Program-made: the position numbers and the translations under genes
The notes under the pieces: model-generated
What the model saw: only the letters and a program-made list of their open reading frames with translations
What the model was told of the DNA's origin: nothing
Databases searched by the model: none
In this document: in pieces, positions 42,516 to 57,162 of the stretch
How the letters are laid out: every line of letters starts with the position of its first letter
Position numbering within the stretch: position 1 is the first letter of the stretch
NCBI RefSeq assembly: GCF_036321535.1
Contig: NC_087437.1
Coordinates: forward strand, 27,034,001-27,098,000
Direction of reading: 5' to 3'
From: Camelus dromedarius
Taxonomy: Eukaryota
DNA: 64,000 bases

Positions 42516-45500
42516 TAGAAATACACTTTATTTTTGTATATTAATCTTGTATTCTATAATACAAGAACTGAACTCGTTTGCCGGTTCTAATATTTGTGTG
42601 TATGTGTGGATTACTTAGGGTTCTCTATGGTCATTCCATCTGCAAATAGAGATGGCTTTACTTCTTTTCCTTCCTGTCTAGATGCCCTTTATTTCTTCTT
42701 TTTTTTTTTTTTTTTTTTTGTCCTGACCAGAACCTCCAGTACAATGCTAAGTGGGAGTGGCTTTCATGTTTCTAATCTTGGTGGAAAGCATCCAGTCTTT
42801 CACCATTAAGTATGATATTACTTATAACTGTGAAGTTTTTGTAGATGTCCTTCATCAGGATGAGGAAGTTCCCTGCTTTTTCTGCATATATTTAAATCCT
42901 CATATTCCCTCCTCTCTTTATTCTGGAATATTGTCTATTACATTAATTAATTTCCAGATGTTAAACCAACCTCATGTTCCTGGGATAAATTTCATTTGGT
43001 CATGGTATATAATCTTTTTTATAGGTTGCTGGATTTGGTTTGCTAGTATTTGTTGAGAATTTTTACATCTACATTCATAAGCAATATAGATGTTTAGTTT
43101 CTTTCCTAGTGCTATCTTTGATTTGGTGTCAGGGTAATACTGGCCTCATAGGATGGGTTGGGAAGTGTCCACTCCTCTTCTATTTTTTGGAACAATTTGT
43201 GAAAATTTTCTATTAATTATTTTCTGAGTGTTTGGTAAAATTCACTAATGAAGCCATCTGGGCCTGGGCTTTTTTTTGTGGAAATCTTTAAATTACTAAT
43301 TTGATCTCTTTATATATAGGTCGAGTCAAAATTTCCATTTCTTCTTATATCAGTTTCAATATTTTATGTATTCCTGGCAGTTTGTACATTTCATTTAAGT
43401 CCGTAATTTGTTAGCATACAGTTGTTCATAGTATTCCCTAATAATCCTTTTCATTTCTGTAAGTTACATAAATGTCCCCTCTTTTTTCCTGTTTTAAGAT
43501 AGTTGAGGTTTTTTCTTTTTTCCCTTGGCCAGTCTAGCTAAAGTCTTGTCAATTTTGTTCTTTTCAAAGAAACAACTTTTGGTTTCATTGATTTTTTTTT
43601 TCTATTGTTTTCCTGTCTGCTGAAAACCAGTCATAAAGAGAAAAATCTTACAAAGCAGTCAGAGGAAAACAAGACACATTGCTTACTGAGGAAGAGGATG
43701 CCCTGCAGTGCAGAAGATAATGACACTACACAAAAATGGATGCATTGAACTGCTTTTAAAACTTGGGTTAAAAAAAAAAAGCATGTTTCCTGTAAGTCTG
43801 AAGACTGTCCGTTTGATCTCTGCATGAGCACTATGCTTTACCAGGAAGAACACTTTCCCTGTGCCCAAATTCCCAGACAGTAACATGTCCTAGAGTACTT
43901 CATGGTGGAGGTGATGGTTTCCCCTTCCAGCACAAAAGGAAAAAACAAAAAACAACAGGCCCCGCTGACAGTGCCCACAATGCACTGTGGTCTCACTGTA
44001 GGTGGGAGTCTGTGCTGATTATGATGCTTTTAGGGGATTTTTTTCCTCTTTTCTTTTTAGCCCTCATCCAGCCATTATCAGTCTCAACTGCACTTTAGAA
44101 TCAGCTGGGGAACTCTGAAAAACTACTGAAGCTATCTCCATCCCAGCCCAGTGTAAATTTAGAATCAGAGGGTGGAACAAGGCCATCTGAGTGTGTGTGT
44201 ATGTGTGTATAAATATAAAATAAATGTATGTGTATGTAAATATAAAATATATTTGTATTTTATATGCACATTGTGGGTTTTTCACTTACTACGTGAACAC
44301 TTTAATATATATACCGAAGTGGAGAGCATAGTGATCTTTAAACTGGAGGTATAAGGACACCCAGAGGTGAAGGGTTCTCCAGGGGATCAGCTTTAGCTGA
44401 ATATCCAGGATAGAGTTGATGCCTGAAATATACTTTGTCCAACTTCCCCACCATATGAGGTGCAAAATGGAGGTGGTTTTTGATCATGAAACAAATACCA
44501 TTATGCACATACGCAGACACTTGGGAGGAAAATTTTTCCTCTTTCACCTTAGGTCCTAGTGGTTGGGGCCTGGGCAGTAATTGACAACCACCAATTTGAA
44601 GATCACTGTCAAGGGGTTTTCCACTAAAATTTTACTTTCCTTTTATCAAAATTTGTCCTGTTGTTTTGATCAATTATGTGCTACTAGTGATTGTAATGTT
44701 AACTCAATCAAAATGACTTTTTTGAACACTTGAAACCTTAAGGCCACAGGAAATAAAATTTAAAAATTTTAAAGATAAATATATACTGTCATGGTCAAGA
44801 AATATGAGCAGATGATCAGTTACAGATCTTCAAGCATAAAAATGTATCACAGTCCAATAAACTTCTTTGAAGGAAGTAGGGTAAAAGTGTAACTTCAAGA
44901 AGAAGAAGAGGAACATTAAAAAGAGTTCAGATTTTTTTTTAAGAGATAATTGCAGGTATCGTATTGCCATGGTATTTAGATTCCATTGGATTCATTTAAG
45001 AAAGTAGTGTGTTATTTCAAAATGTCAAGATTTACAATACATTGGAAACTAGATTCTTTGCAACTGCTTAAACTTTGGATGAGTCATGGATGTCAACAGA
45101 AAAATGTGCAAGGGAGAACATGCATTAACATTTTTTTGAGGGCTGGAGAAAGGAAAAGTGACGATCGCTGGTCTAGATGGATTGCTTTGTTTCCTTCTGG
45201 AGGGCCAAGGTCCATTCAATAGAATGTAGTCTATTTTAAACCTTGTCTTTGTAGTTTCATAAAGCAGAAATTTATGTATACTTTACAAATTCATCTGTTT
45301 TAGGACTGATAAATAGTAAACACTGCAAAAAAATGTGTGCTTATGGAAATTGTGTGAATGTATTTTGTGTAAGCACTTTCTATCCATTCTCTGTCCAGGA
45401 AGAAGAAACAAATATGTTTGTGTAGTACAGAGTTACTTCTGCTATTGTTGATCCTTATCAGTATAGCTTATTTCATAGCAATAATTAAGTCATTCTATTC

Positions 45501-46378
45501 TGGCATCAGTTTCCAGTTCCTGTTAATTTTTAACCTAATTAGCTAACCTTACTCTAGAATCTATTTCTAATTCTATTAATCCACAGAAGGAAGGTGAATT
45601 TGTTCCCTGGTTTGGTCAGAAGGACTGGGAGGTTCCTATAATAGTCCCAGTGGTTCCCACCAGCGAGCACAGCTTTCTGCAGGCGGTGGGCTGAATATAC
45701 ATTCTCTGTAGTGGCCACTACAACCGTGGGAAGTTGATATTCTTTTTTAGTTTCAAGCTGAGAGAACTGAGGCTCCTGGAGGTAAGTAGCCCAAAGGCAC
45801 ACAGCTGGCTGGTGGAGCGCTAGGCCATGGTCCTGGATTGTCTAACTGATGGCTTCTCCTTCAACACGCTACCCTCCAGGCTCTGGCCCTGGGCAGAGAG
45901 CACACAGGGGAGGAACAGAGAGGAGGACACTGGAGGGGGTCTGAAGACCTGGGCTCACTTTCTAACTCCCTGGTTAGCTGTGAGACCTGAGAAGTCACTT
46001 AACCATCTTTCAGTCTTAGTGTCATTGGAAATTTGCTGGTGATGTGAGATTTAAACTGCAAGCAATATATGCATCTGTAGGAGGATTATTTTCTCCTGTC
46101 TCCTGGCTCTTATTTTGCTATAGAATTAATGGAAAAGCATCATATCACCTTTTGGTCGCACAAGCATTCATAAAACATCATTTAATTTTGTGGAATTGGG
46201 GATTGGGTTAGGTTTTTCCATCTTTGTGGAATGCTACAGTGAATGAATTGTCAAAGCTTGGAAGTATATAGTATTACTGCCTGATTTGGGCATTTAGAAA
46301 AGAAGCCAGGTAATATGAACACAGGAAAATATAGTGCATATTTTTAGATAAATAAATATTACCTGTGTGCATTACAGA

Positions 46379-46705
46379 TGTTGACCTGAAATAAATAGAC
46401 TGCCAGATATTTCTCCAGGAAAGATGGGTTTATTTGGGATCAGTGAATAATTGCAGTTCAGGGTCTGCAAATGTGGTGAGCCATGTGCAAGCACCCCCCC
46501 CCCCCCAGCCCACCTCATACATGCAAGGGAAGGAGAACTTTTTTATAGAGAGGGAAAGGTTGGGAGGGTATAATAAATAAAGAGTCCATGGCTTTTCAGT
46601 GGCTGAGTCCTTGCCAGGAAAGAAGTCTCCTTGTTGGGCTCTGCTATGTTGCAGGGTGTGAGAACTCTCCCTTCTGGTCTCCCAACGCTATTGAGGTTTT
46701 TCTCA
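46379..46705. mobile_element. Short ERV LTR
   Basis: TGTTGACC...CA termini; tttattt and tttttata (reverse-strand poly(A)/TATA-like) motifs. No clear TSD. Confidence 0.55.
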
Positions 46706-49334
46706 CTGGGATATAAACCCCACGGGGCTATCCCCATGTATAATGGCTGCCATGTGCCAAATTTTTATTGAATGAATGAATGTACACCTGGATGCTTTCT
46801 CTACTCGGCAAACTTGTTACCCTTTTCTGTCACTTCTCTGATGTTCACCGTCCCACTGATGCACTATAGAAGCAGGTGAAAGTTGAGGACCTGGAGAGTA
46901 TTCTGAATAGGTGCTCTGTGCAATGCTGTCTGTTCCCTTCTGAGATGTCCCAAGATCTCATGTACTAATTCCATCCACACTGAATCTTTCTCTTTGGATA
47001 GGAGCCCCTCTACCTTCAATGCCTGGAGTGAAACCTGTGACCCCTGCCCCTCTTTCTCCATGCTTCTGGAGGTCACTGTGGCTTCTGTAAGTGCTTGGTC
47101 AGGGGTAGGATTTGCTCAAGTCATCTCTGGTCCGTTCTTGCTAATCTGATGGTGTGGAAAGCTCCTTAAAGGGGCTGAGCGTATATTCATTTACTCATCA
47201 TCTGGGCACCTGTGACTTTTGGGCTTCATTTGAATCACCTGTGATTCCTGCAGCCCGTGGACCTACTCAAGGATTACTAGTTGCTTTTAGGGGGAAATCC
47301 TGTGATTATTCTGAGCTTGGTCAGTTGACTTGCTCACTTTTGTGACTCCGCCTCCTCCCCTCACCCCACATGACATCTGGCTCCTGGGCTGGGATAGGTG
47401 CTCTATTTTTGGTGCTGCCTGTACTTCTTTCTACCTCTGCGTTTACCTCACTGGTCATGGTTTCTTTTTGTGTCTCCTTTTCTCTGAGGATAGGGAACTG
47501 TGATTTTTAGCTTTTCATCACTAGTGCTTGGCACAAAGTAGGCACTGAATAAATGTTTATTAAACAGATGAGCAAAAGAATGAATGGAGTGAACTCTAGA
47601 TCTGGAATGAAAACTTGGTTTATTAACACATTCAATTTGGAGCGTGCCAGCTGCATTTTTGATAGAAGTTTGTAATCTGTGGCAGCTCAGCTCAAGAAAA
47701 CCAGGTTTTCCACAAACTGATTGAAGCGGGATCTAGACTTTGAATTGAGTCAATTTTAGTCTATTTTCAAACTCAGCCATCAAGCACCAATAGAACAGCG
47801 GAGGGACACTGAGAATTTTGCTCCCTGGCCTTGTATATCATCCCTGGTAGAGATTTCATGTCATTCATTCATTCATTTAACATTCGTCAGGTGCTAATAT
47901 GTTTTCATGTAAACAAGAAAACCAGAGGCTGATTACTTTTCCAGAGTGTTGTCACTTTGCTTAATAATTTGACACAGGAGAAGCCTCTGTGTTATCTGAA
48001 AAATGACTTGATAGGGCATCATCTCTGAAGAGTCTGGATGGATGTTACACTGTCGCTTTCATTTCCCAGTACTATGGAGCAAGCATGCAAAAAGTGGAGG
48101 CGAACAGAGGAGTTGTTTCCCTCCTAGACTCCTCTGTGCATTATTCAGTGTTGGGTCACCACAAGGTGTGACAGAGAAACTTCTGTGGGTCTCTTCCTGG
48201 CTCTGGACACGCATAAGCCTTTTTATCATCTGCTTTTGATTTTTCAGATTGGCTCAAACCAAGGTATTCCTAATTCCTGGATTTCACTCTGTGTCATGGA
48301 GGAAAAACTGACACAGAGCACTCCCTCCAAGGAAACATATAATTTAAGGAAGATCCACTAGCTTGTTGGTTATCTTTTCATTATAGGTTGTCTCAGGCCA
48401 ACTTTAGTGAGGGGATTTAGGCTTTGTCAAAGTGATGCTTTTTGGAAAAAATTTTACTCCTCATTTCATATTATTTGCTTATTACCTCAACTATATTCAC
48501 CTGTTTTAAAAGTACTTTCTTTTTCTATATTGGCTATATGCCTAAAAGATTCCTTACATTGTTTCTGGAATGAGTTGGAGCCTAAACAAAATCCATGACA
48601 TTTGTTGTCTTCCAGGAAGAGGAGACAACAGAATCATCAGGACAAATAACTTGAAGTAAAATCTTTTTTTAAATTACCCTTTGTGTATTTTCTAACATAG
48701 TTGGGGAAAAAATGCATTTCCATGTTTTTAATAAATTACTATTAAAGTATATTTGCTTCTCGATGTGGTTGGCATCTCAAACGTTACCACTTTTATTTAG
48801 ATACATCTATTAAAACAACTTAGACTCTAATAAAAGCTTTTGCTTATTTATTCATTCACTCATTTTTAATAAACTGGTAGTAAATTTACCAGTAAAAACG
48901 GAAATACCAACATTTCCATGAGAGATTTGTTTCCACTTTACGAACAAATACGGTGCATTTACTTAGCTTATTTTGTAGCTCTCTAATTTAATTTTCTACA
49001 GCTTTCTTTGGGGAGTAGAAATTCAGTTTTCTTCCTGTGTTTCAAAATTCTTATTGGCAATGACTAATTACCCTCTTCCCCTGCTTGAAAGGTTTTTTGT
49101 TGTTTTTTCCAAAACCACAACCATACACAAATATAGAAAAAGGACTGGAAAGAAGGCACAATATTAGAAATGGCTGTCTCCATCTGTGAAATTACGAATG
49201 CTTTTAAAATCATTATGCTTCAGTTGTGATCACTTTGTAATGCACAGAAATACCGAATCGTAGATAGTGCACCTGGAACTAACAGTGTTGCAGGTCAGTT
49301 ATACTTAAATAAAATAAAATCTTTATACTTTACA

Positions 49335-49594
49335 CAGTTGACCCTTGAGAACAGGGGTTTGAGCTGCGCAGATCCGCCTGTACTAGGATTTTTTTTCAAC
49401 CATAGTACCACAGGCTACGCGATCCCCAGCGTGTTGAATCCGCGGATGCGGAACTGCGGATACAGAGGAACCGTGGCTACGGAGGAATGGCGGATGCCCA
49501 GGAACAGCAGGTAGGAACGGATGACTCTAAATGATTTGCAGGGGGGTTTGTTTTTGTTTTTAGTGTGCGGAGGATGTTGTTCAAGGGGCAACTG
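49335..49594. mobile_element. Tigger2-like non-autonomous TcMar DNA transposon
   Basis: Terminal inverted repeats CAGTTGACCCTTGA / TCAAGGGGCAACTG. Confidence 0.85.
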
Positions 49595-51967
49595 TGCTTT
49601 TCTGTAATCTTCCAGCATTTCTACAATGAGTCGGTATGGCTTTTGTTAGCAGGAAAAGTGTTTCCTGCTCGTGCACCATTGGAGCTGCGCGCAGGCCCAC
49701 ATGCTGGACGTGCCTCTCACGTCTCAACCCCGCAAGGCTTTGCCGGCTCACTTTGCTGCCAGCTTCACCTGGAGCAAAAGGTTTTCATTTCTTTACTCAT
49801 CAGTTACTGTGAAGTGCAGACATGTACCTTCTCAGAGGTGACCGTTTTATCTGTCCAGAAGTGTATACATAACATTTAAAATATGCATAAACAGAAATGA
49901 AGGTCGTGTTGCTGAGATGAGGAATCAGAGACGAGGATTTGTAGTACTACTCTAGGCTCTAAGTACATCAGTAACTTCTTCAACATTTTCATCAGGAAAA
50001 ACCTACACATTTAACGTTTTCTTCTCTGTCAATTTATGCAATATTGCTATATGACAGCTTTATGGCTTGAAGAGTTCAATTTTTTTTGAAGCAGTTTTTG
50101 TGAAAAATGGGGGGAACCCCCTAAATTAACAGAGTAGATTATTCAAAACTGATACTACCTGAAACAGGCATGTGGAAATGCAGATATATAAAATCTATGA
50201 CATATTCCAGTGCAGTTTTGGTATATATAGATACTCAAAAAAAGATTTATTATTATTGTCATTTTTAACTGAATCTCTTAAATAAATATAACTGCCTTGA
50301 AATATAACCCTAATAGATAGTTATGGATATTAATGTTTTTCACTTGAAAACACTTTAATTTTTAATACATTTTTAAAGAAGCAACATAAATTCTCTTATT
50401 ATACATAATAATCATTAAGATAATTTTAAATAACATTCTGTTGTTAAACTTTAAGCAACATTGGTAAAAGATGTCTCATTATCCTGCCAATCTCCAGTTA
50501 ATCAAGGCCTTATCCAGTATCTACCAAGGGTCCAGCACCCCCAAAATAGTTTTTAATGATGTGATTGTTGTGACTGTTACTTGTCCTGAAGTATGCTGTT
50601 TGCTTAGAGCTGTACTGAAACATATTAGCTCAACTAATTAGATATTTCCTTCACCTGATAGAAAAATAAAATCTCACTTGTCAATGAAAAGGAAGAGGCA
50701 AAAGGCAAAGAGAGCGACCTAGCACTGATCAAGATAGGAGTCTAAGAACCTTTTTGTTTTTTAAACAAAGACAGCAGTGGAGATTAGCAAGAGTGGAAAT
50801 GACAAAATAAGGCAGTCGAATCCTCAGTGTTAGAACAGTTCCTAAAAAGTAAGCTAATCAAAGGCAGCTTAAAATTTTAAAAAAGGTGGTGACTGGATTA
50901 GTACCAAGAACCAGCCTCCTGTCTCCCAGTAGCTTAGCTCCTTCCTGCTGCCTGGGGCTCAGCCCTCCATGGGTGGGATACCCCAGGCTTAGCCGCGCTG
51001 TCCGGTCCCTTCCCCGCACTTCCTCAGCAGGCTTTTAGTGGGAAAACAACATGATTTAGCACCTTGCACTGACTGGTGAATCACCGGTGGATGGGCATAA
51101 TCCCTCTTGCTACACACTGGCACCAAGTTTGTTAATCACTTTAAGGGATGGCCCCTCCAACTACATTTCTCTCTCTTCTAGAGAACAGGGAGCCGAGAAG
51201 TTGGGGAGGCTCAAGAGAGGGCAGGGTGTGGTGCTTCAAGGACGTCTTTAGGGTTCTCCACGTCCACCTCTCAACTCCTTGTGCTCTAAGGCAACGTTAT
51301 CATTGAGCAGAGGATGCTGTGCTGGGCTGTCATTGCAAATTCAGCAGCATCCCTCCTCCCACCCCTGGGAAGGGGAAACACATACTGTCCCATAATCCTT
51401 TCCCAGTGGGAGCCTGTTATGATTCCCCAGGGAGAGGCACCTGCCTGAGGTTTGGGAGGTGGAGAGGAGCAGCAGCCGTCGTCCACCAGCAGCGGGAAGG
51501 TGGACGTTCAGGGATGCAGTCGTTTGTTTGTTGCCTGCACTGAAATGTGAGGCTGCCGCTCCTCTGAGGAGCTCCTGCCACTGTCTCCCTTGATGGCCCT
51601 TCGTGGCTTCCTGAGATTCCCTCACTTCCAGTTTTCCTGGAAGCCAGCAGGGGTGTTCCTTGACCTTCACTTCCCCAGCCTTTGGGTGGAAGCACCTGGT
51701 ACCTTCCGCTGTCTGTTTTCCTGACGGAACTCTGGCCGATGGGGACACTTCTGCTCACTTGCTCGTTCTCTGCTGCCCCGAAAGTGAGTTGTTTCATTTT
51801 CCAACTAAGAATGCAAACCAGTGAGGACTTGGGATGTGCTCTAAATTTGTAATACAGCACATTTCTTGGTATTTCCTAGTCATATACACTTTACTTGAAA
51901 CCCGCCCCCCACACCCCCTGCTCCGAGAAAAACTCGACAAAACAAATGAAAGCACCATTATTCTTAG

Positions 51968-52357
<390 letters not shown>

Positions 52358-54554
52358 CTAATTATCTATAAACAGGGGCAGTACTGGAAATTCAAACCTG
52401 AATGGGTATGAGCTGAAATGCTGTGGAGATCTGAGAGACTAGGACAGGCCAGACCAAAAAGAATTTGGATAATTTCTTTCAAATGTGTAGTTTGTTCACG
52501 TCATTTAGCAGCATATGACGGGAACACAGAGATGCTGCAGGCAGGTCTCTGGGAAAGGCCCAATGTGGACAGCACGGTGCGTGTTGGCCTGGAGCTGGGA
52601 AGGCCCTGAGGGGCAGCCTTCCCCAGAGAGGCTAGCACCTGAGCTGGGCTTTTCAGAAGGACCAAAAGGACTAAAACACCGTTCTTCCTCCTAAAATGTG
52701 CCCCTTCTTCCAGGAGGCAGGTCCACATTAACCTCCCCAAGACCCTTCCTTGTCCTCTGCTCTCCCCACTCCCTCACAGCCTTCGGTGATTCAGGCCGAT
52801 GCTGTCCCGTTGCAGCTGCAGGAAGGTGAAGGTCTGTTAGCCGGAGGTGTTTCCAGGCTGGGGCTTCAGGACCAGTCTCACTGGGGCACGTAGCCTCAGT
52901 GGGGCGGGCTAAATGCAAACCCAACTACTACCTCCTGCAAGCAGAGTGATCACTTACCTGCCAGAGATCCAAGAATTTGCAGTATCTTCCTGCATTTTCA
53001 TCTCTCCCCACATTGGAAAGAAGGGAGGGAGGATGGGAGGGAGGGAGGAAGTGGGGAGAGGAGGATGAGATGGCTGAGTACTGAAAATGGATCACCATTT
53101 TTAGTTTTCCCTCAATCCCAAATCCCATAAAATGGCAGAAAGTGTTTTTAGAGAGTACATCGATAATAGTTCTAGAAAATAGGCAAGATACTCATCAACA
53201 GGAGTAATCTTAAGGAATTCCTGAAAATTGAGAAGCAGCTGGGACCACATCCATAGAGAGAGAAAGCACACACGTTCTGAGCTCAAAGTCAACAGCAGTG
53301 GAAGGAGGAGGGGCCCTAAGGAAGACCTGAGGATGGTCGGGTGGGAGGCAGCCCTTGCCCTGCCCTCTGTGTGAGCCACGGTGCCCCCAGGCTGAGGCTG
53401 GCTGCTGGGGCTCGCCTTCCACCCCTCAATGGCCCGTACCACTCTCCACAGCTGGCAGAATGTGGGAGAATGGGGATGCCCAACGAGAGGCACCAGGTTT
53501 ATCTATCAGAGGTACTAATACTCAAAGAAACAGAGTTAGTAGCCAGAGAAAGGTCTTAGAATATATATATATATATAGTGTTATTATTTTCCTACGGATT
53601 TGAGAGAATTGTTGTTGTCAAGGAAAAGACATATCTGGAGGATTCAGATCTTAGCTCTATGCATACAGAAAAAAAGATATGTTAACAATGTTAGAATAAC
53701 CATTAAAACACAACATATTAAAAGATTGAGTCTGTCAGGTTGAGGAAAGCAACAAAATCCAGTTATATGCTGTTTGCCAGAGACACATCTAAATCAAAGC
53801 TACATAAAACGGTTGAAAATCAAAGGATGAAAAAAATGTACAAAGCCAATGCTAACTGGAAGAGAGCATGTGTGGCAATTTTACATCATAGGAAATAGCA
53901 TTTAAGGCAAAGACCATTATTTTAAAGGGAAATTGGAAATAATACTGATGATACTAAAATTTTTTCAGAATAACAAAACTCGCTGAGACACAGAGTCATG
54001 TAGTGGGCTCAGCTGCAGGGCAGCTAAGTGAGCTGGCCCAGGGATGAGGGCTGTACCTCACCACGAACACAGTCGACCCCTTTAATTTTCTAACCACAGA
54101 GCTTCAAGACATATAAAGCAAAACCTGATAGAAATAGTAGGAAACATGAACAGATTCACCATCATGTTGGGAGGCTTTTACACATCTCTCAGAAATAAAC
54201 CAACAAGACAAAAAGAATAGAGAGAGAAGTGTGAATAGAACAATTAGACATATACAATTTTGTGCCAAAAAGTAATACACCTTTTGGAGGGTCAAATATA
54301 CATGGAGCAGTCATAGATTATGTCATCAACCACCAAGAAAAAATGAATACATTTTAAATAGCAGAAAAAATTGTAAGCTATATTCCTTGACCATTTAGAA
54401 ATTAACAAGAAAGGCGGTAGTAAACTTTAAGAAACTATTTGAAAATTTGATAACTACTGAGTTGAAGAAATCAAAATAGAAACTATAAACTAGGGGGGGA
54501 AAATGAAAGCATTACATATTAGAATTTGTGACATACATATGGCCAAAGAGGCAC

Positions 54555-55280
54555 TCACAGAGTATCAGGGTGGAGGTGGGGGTAGGGGGGCTGCGAATTT
54601 ACACAGGGTGTCAGGAAAGGACTTTGAAAACTGAAGGAAGTGTAGCAACTATGTGCTAAATGGGGCAGGGGGAACATTTTAAGTTGAGGGGATAGTAAGT
54701 GCAAAGGCCCTGTGGCAGGGACATGCCTAGTATTGTCTAGCACAGCAGAAAGGCTAGTGTGGTTGGAGTAGAGTGGGTAGGAAACAAGGGAATGTTAAAA
54801 GAAGAGAGTCCAGATCACATGTGGTATTGCAAGTCAGGATCTTGGCTTTTACCCTGAATAGGATTAGAAGTCACTAGATAGTTTTGACTAGACTTATGTT
54901 TTCAAAGTATCACTCCCACTTTCACGTTAGAATAGACTTTAGGAAGACTGGAAGGTGGGAAACTCAGTAAAAGGCTATTGTAATAATTCTAACAAGAGGC
55001 ATATTGGGTACATGAGGCAGACAAAGGTGACAGTAGTGAAGGATGCAAGGAGTGCAGGAGTCTGGAGATATGTTGGAGTTTACAGGACTTGCAGATAAAA
55101 GATGTGGGGTTGTAAAACTGAGAGCAGGGTAACTACTCCAGAGTTTTGGATTTGAGCAACTGAAAGAATGCAGATGCCATTTTCTGAGATGGAGAAGGCA
55201 GAAAGTAGAGCGAGCTTTCAAATCTCATTTTGCTCTGTTAAGTTTCTAATGCCCTCCTGGACACCAAGTGGAGATGCAGG
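54555..55280 (-). mobile_element. L2 fragment
   Basis: aagtgcaaaggccctgtggcaggg; ttggcttttaccctga; tgagcaactgaaagaatg...gccattt. Confidence 0.65.
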
Positions 55281-55628
55281 GTCAGAACCCAGCTCTCCTG
55301 ACAGAGCCAGGAGAGAAAGCCAGGGGCTTTCTGCTAGAGCACACAGAAAACCCAACAAAACACAAAATCCTAAAACCAAATCCCCAAAGCTGCACTACTC
55401 AGTCACAGAGGGAACACTCATTAAATGTGTTATGAATCAAGTCTGAACTAAAAGGAATTTCTAAGGAAGAAGAAACTGTAAGGCTGCCTCAAATCCATAT
55501 GAAACTTTCAGTATTTTTTCACTGAATTCCAGAATTCACAGTAGTGCACAGTAAATTACACACAAGTATAATCTATCAGTAATAACATAATTTTACTCTT
55601 ATTATTCTAAATAGTTTAAACTGTTTTA

Positions 55629-55895
<267 letters not shown>

Positions 55896-57162
55896 TCAGA
55901 AACAGTACCATTATAATTCAGCCGTGAAACTAGCCTTGTCATTTGCTAACCAAGGGGAGTAGCAGTTTATACTAGCCAATAGCATTATGAATAGTGGAGA
56001 ACCTCAGGTAATCTTAGGAGTGATAACACTGTGGCCGAATTCTATATTAATTTGAAGTGCTGGATATAATTCAAGACCTGCTGATAAACCAAGATGGATC
56101 CAAAGGATGGAACCAGGATGGAAAATGATGTGCTGGGGAGGATGAAGAGGGGGCAGAAAGGTTGTCTGGATGAGAAGAAATACAGGAAAAGAGGCTCTTC
56201 CTGAAAGAGGGGAGAAGACCAGTGCTTAGACTGTGCCAAAATGAAGGCCAGTGGGAATAAGTCTGGGGAAGGCCGAACTGACCTCAGTACAGAGAGCAGT
56301 TTTCTAATAATACCCAACAACTGGGGGTGGGGAGGAGTCCTTCAGGAGGCCTCTCATCAGGACCAGGTGTGGGCAGGAGAGGCTCAGGGAACATCTCTGA
56401 CATCACTGTTGTTCAGAAGAGCTCTGTAGTGGAGCAGAAGGGGGAACAGAGACCAAAGAGGCTTCCCCAATCTCTTAGAGTCGCTAATGCCACATTTTGC
56501 TACAGTACCTACAAATACAGCCCTGAGCTGTCAGATCTAGCAGCACTAGTGAGCGCCTTTCTACTCAGTTAGCTCCTTCTCACGCTCTCACCTTTTTCCA
56601 TCTTGGATCACCATCTCTTTCTTGAGGAGAGCGAACAGGTATAGTAGTGGCTTAATTTGATAATAAATTATTTTTTTCAACAAGATGAATTGGCTTTGAG
56701 GGCCAGCTAGAGTAAGATAATTCACATCTTATTTTCTCAGTTTTGGTTAGTGGCAGTAATCTTATAGCAAAAGTACAAGTGAGAAATTGAGGTGATTAAC
56801 TTAATTGTATCTGGGAAGAGGGAGATTTAGTTTTATCTTGCTATGTGGGTTAAAATAACATTGGGCTAAAATTATCTTGAGGAATTTTTTATTTAATAAA
56901 CTTTCTTTGAGTCTATCCTGTGTACAGGTAACATGTTATGTAGTGGTAAAGATTCAGGGTGAACTTCAGTCCAGCAGGGGATGTGGGTTTGCTACATAAG
57001 GCAGCTAGAGGGGCTAAGAGAGCATCAGGGAGTCACATCAGAGGGCACAGGATTTCAGCTGGTGGGTCAGAGGGCTTCACTGGTAGGGGAAAAGTTCTAG
57101 AAGCCAGTGACCATCTGGTGACGATTAATATCATGCCCTACCACATGTAATATAGAATTGTT

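Larger units (their letters stand above)
40828..43615 (-). mobile_element. L1 ORF2 region (older L1M-type) containing a nested younger L1 3' end
   Basis: ORFs 41194..41490 (FNKWCWDNW) and 41615..41851 (PCSWIRGLNIVKMAIL) are L1 ORF2-like. Confidence 0.9.

Noticed and set aside
51286..51860. Overlapping 66-147 aa ORFs downstream of ERICH6
   Set aside because: No homology recognised and no codon or splice evidence; GC-rich background.
53101..53603. Several ORFs in a GC-richer patch of the last ERICH6 intron
   Set aside because: No recognisable protein or splice structure; the ERICH6 frame joins 55644 directly to 52231.
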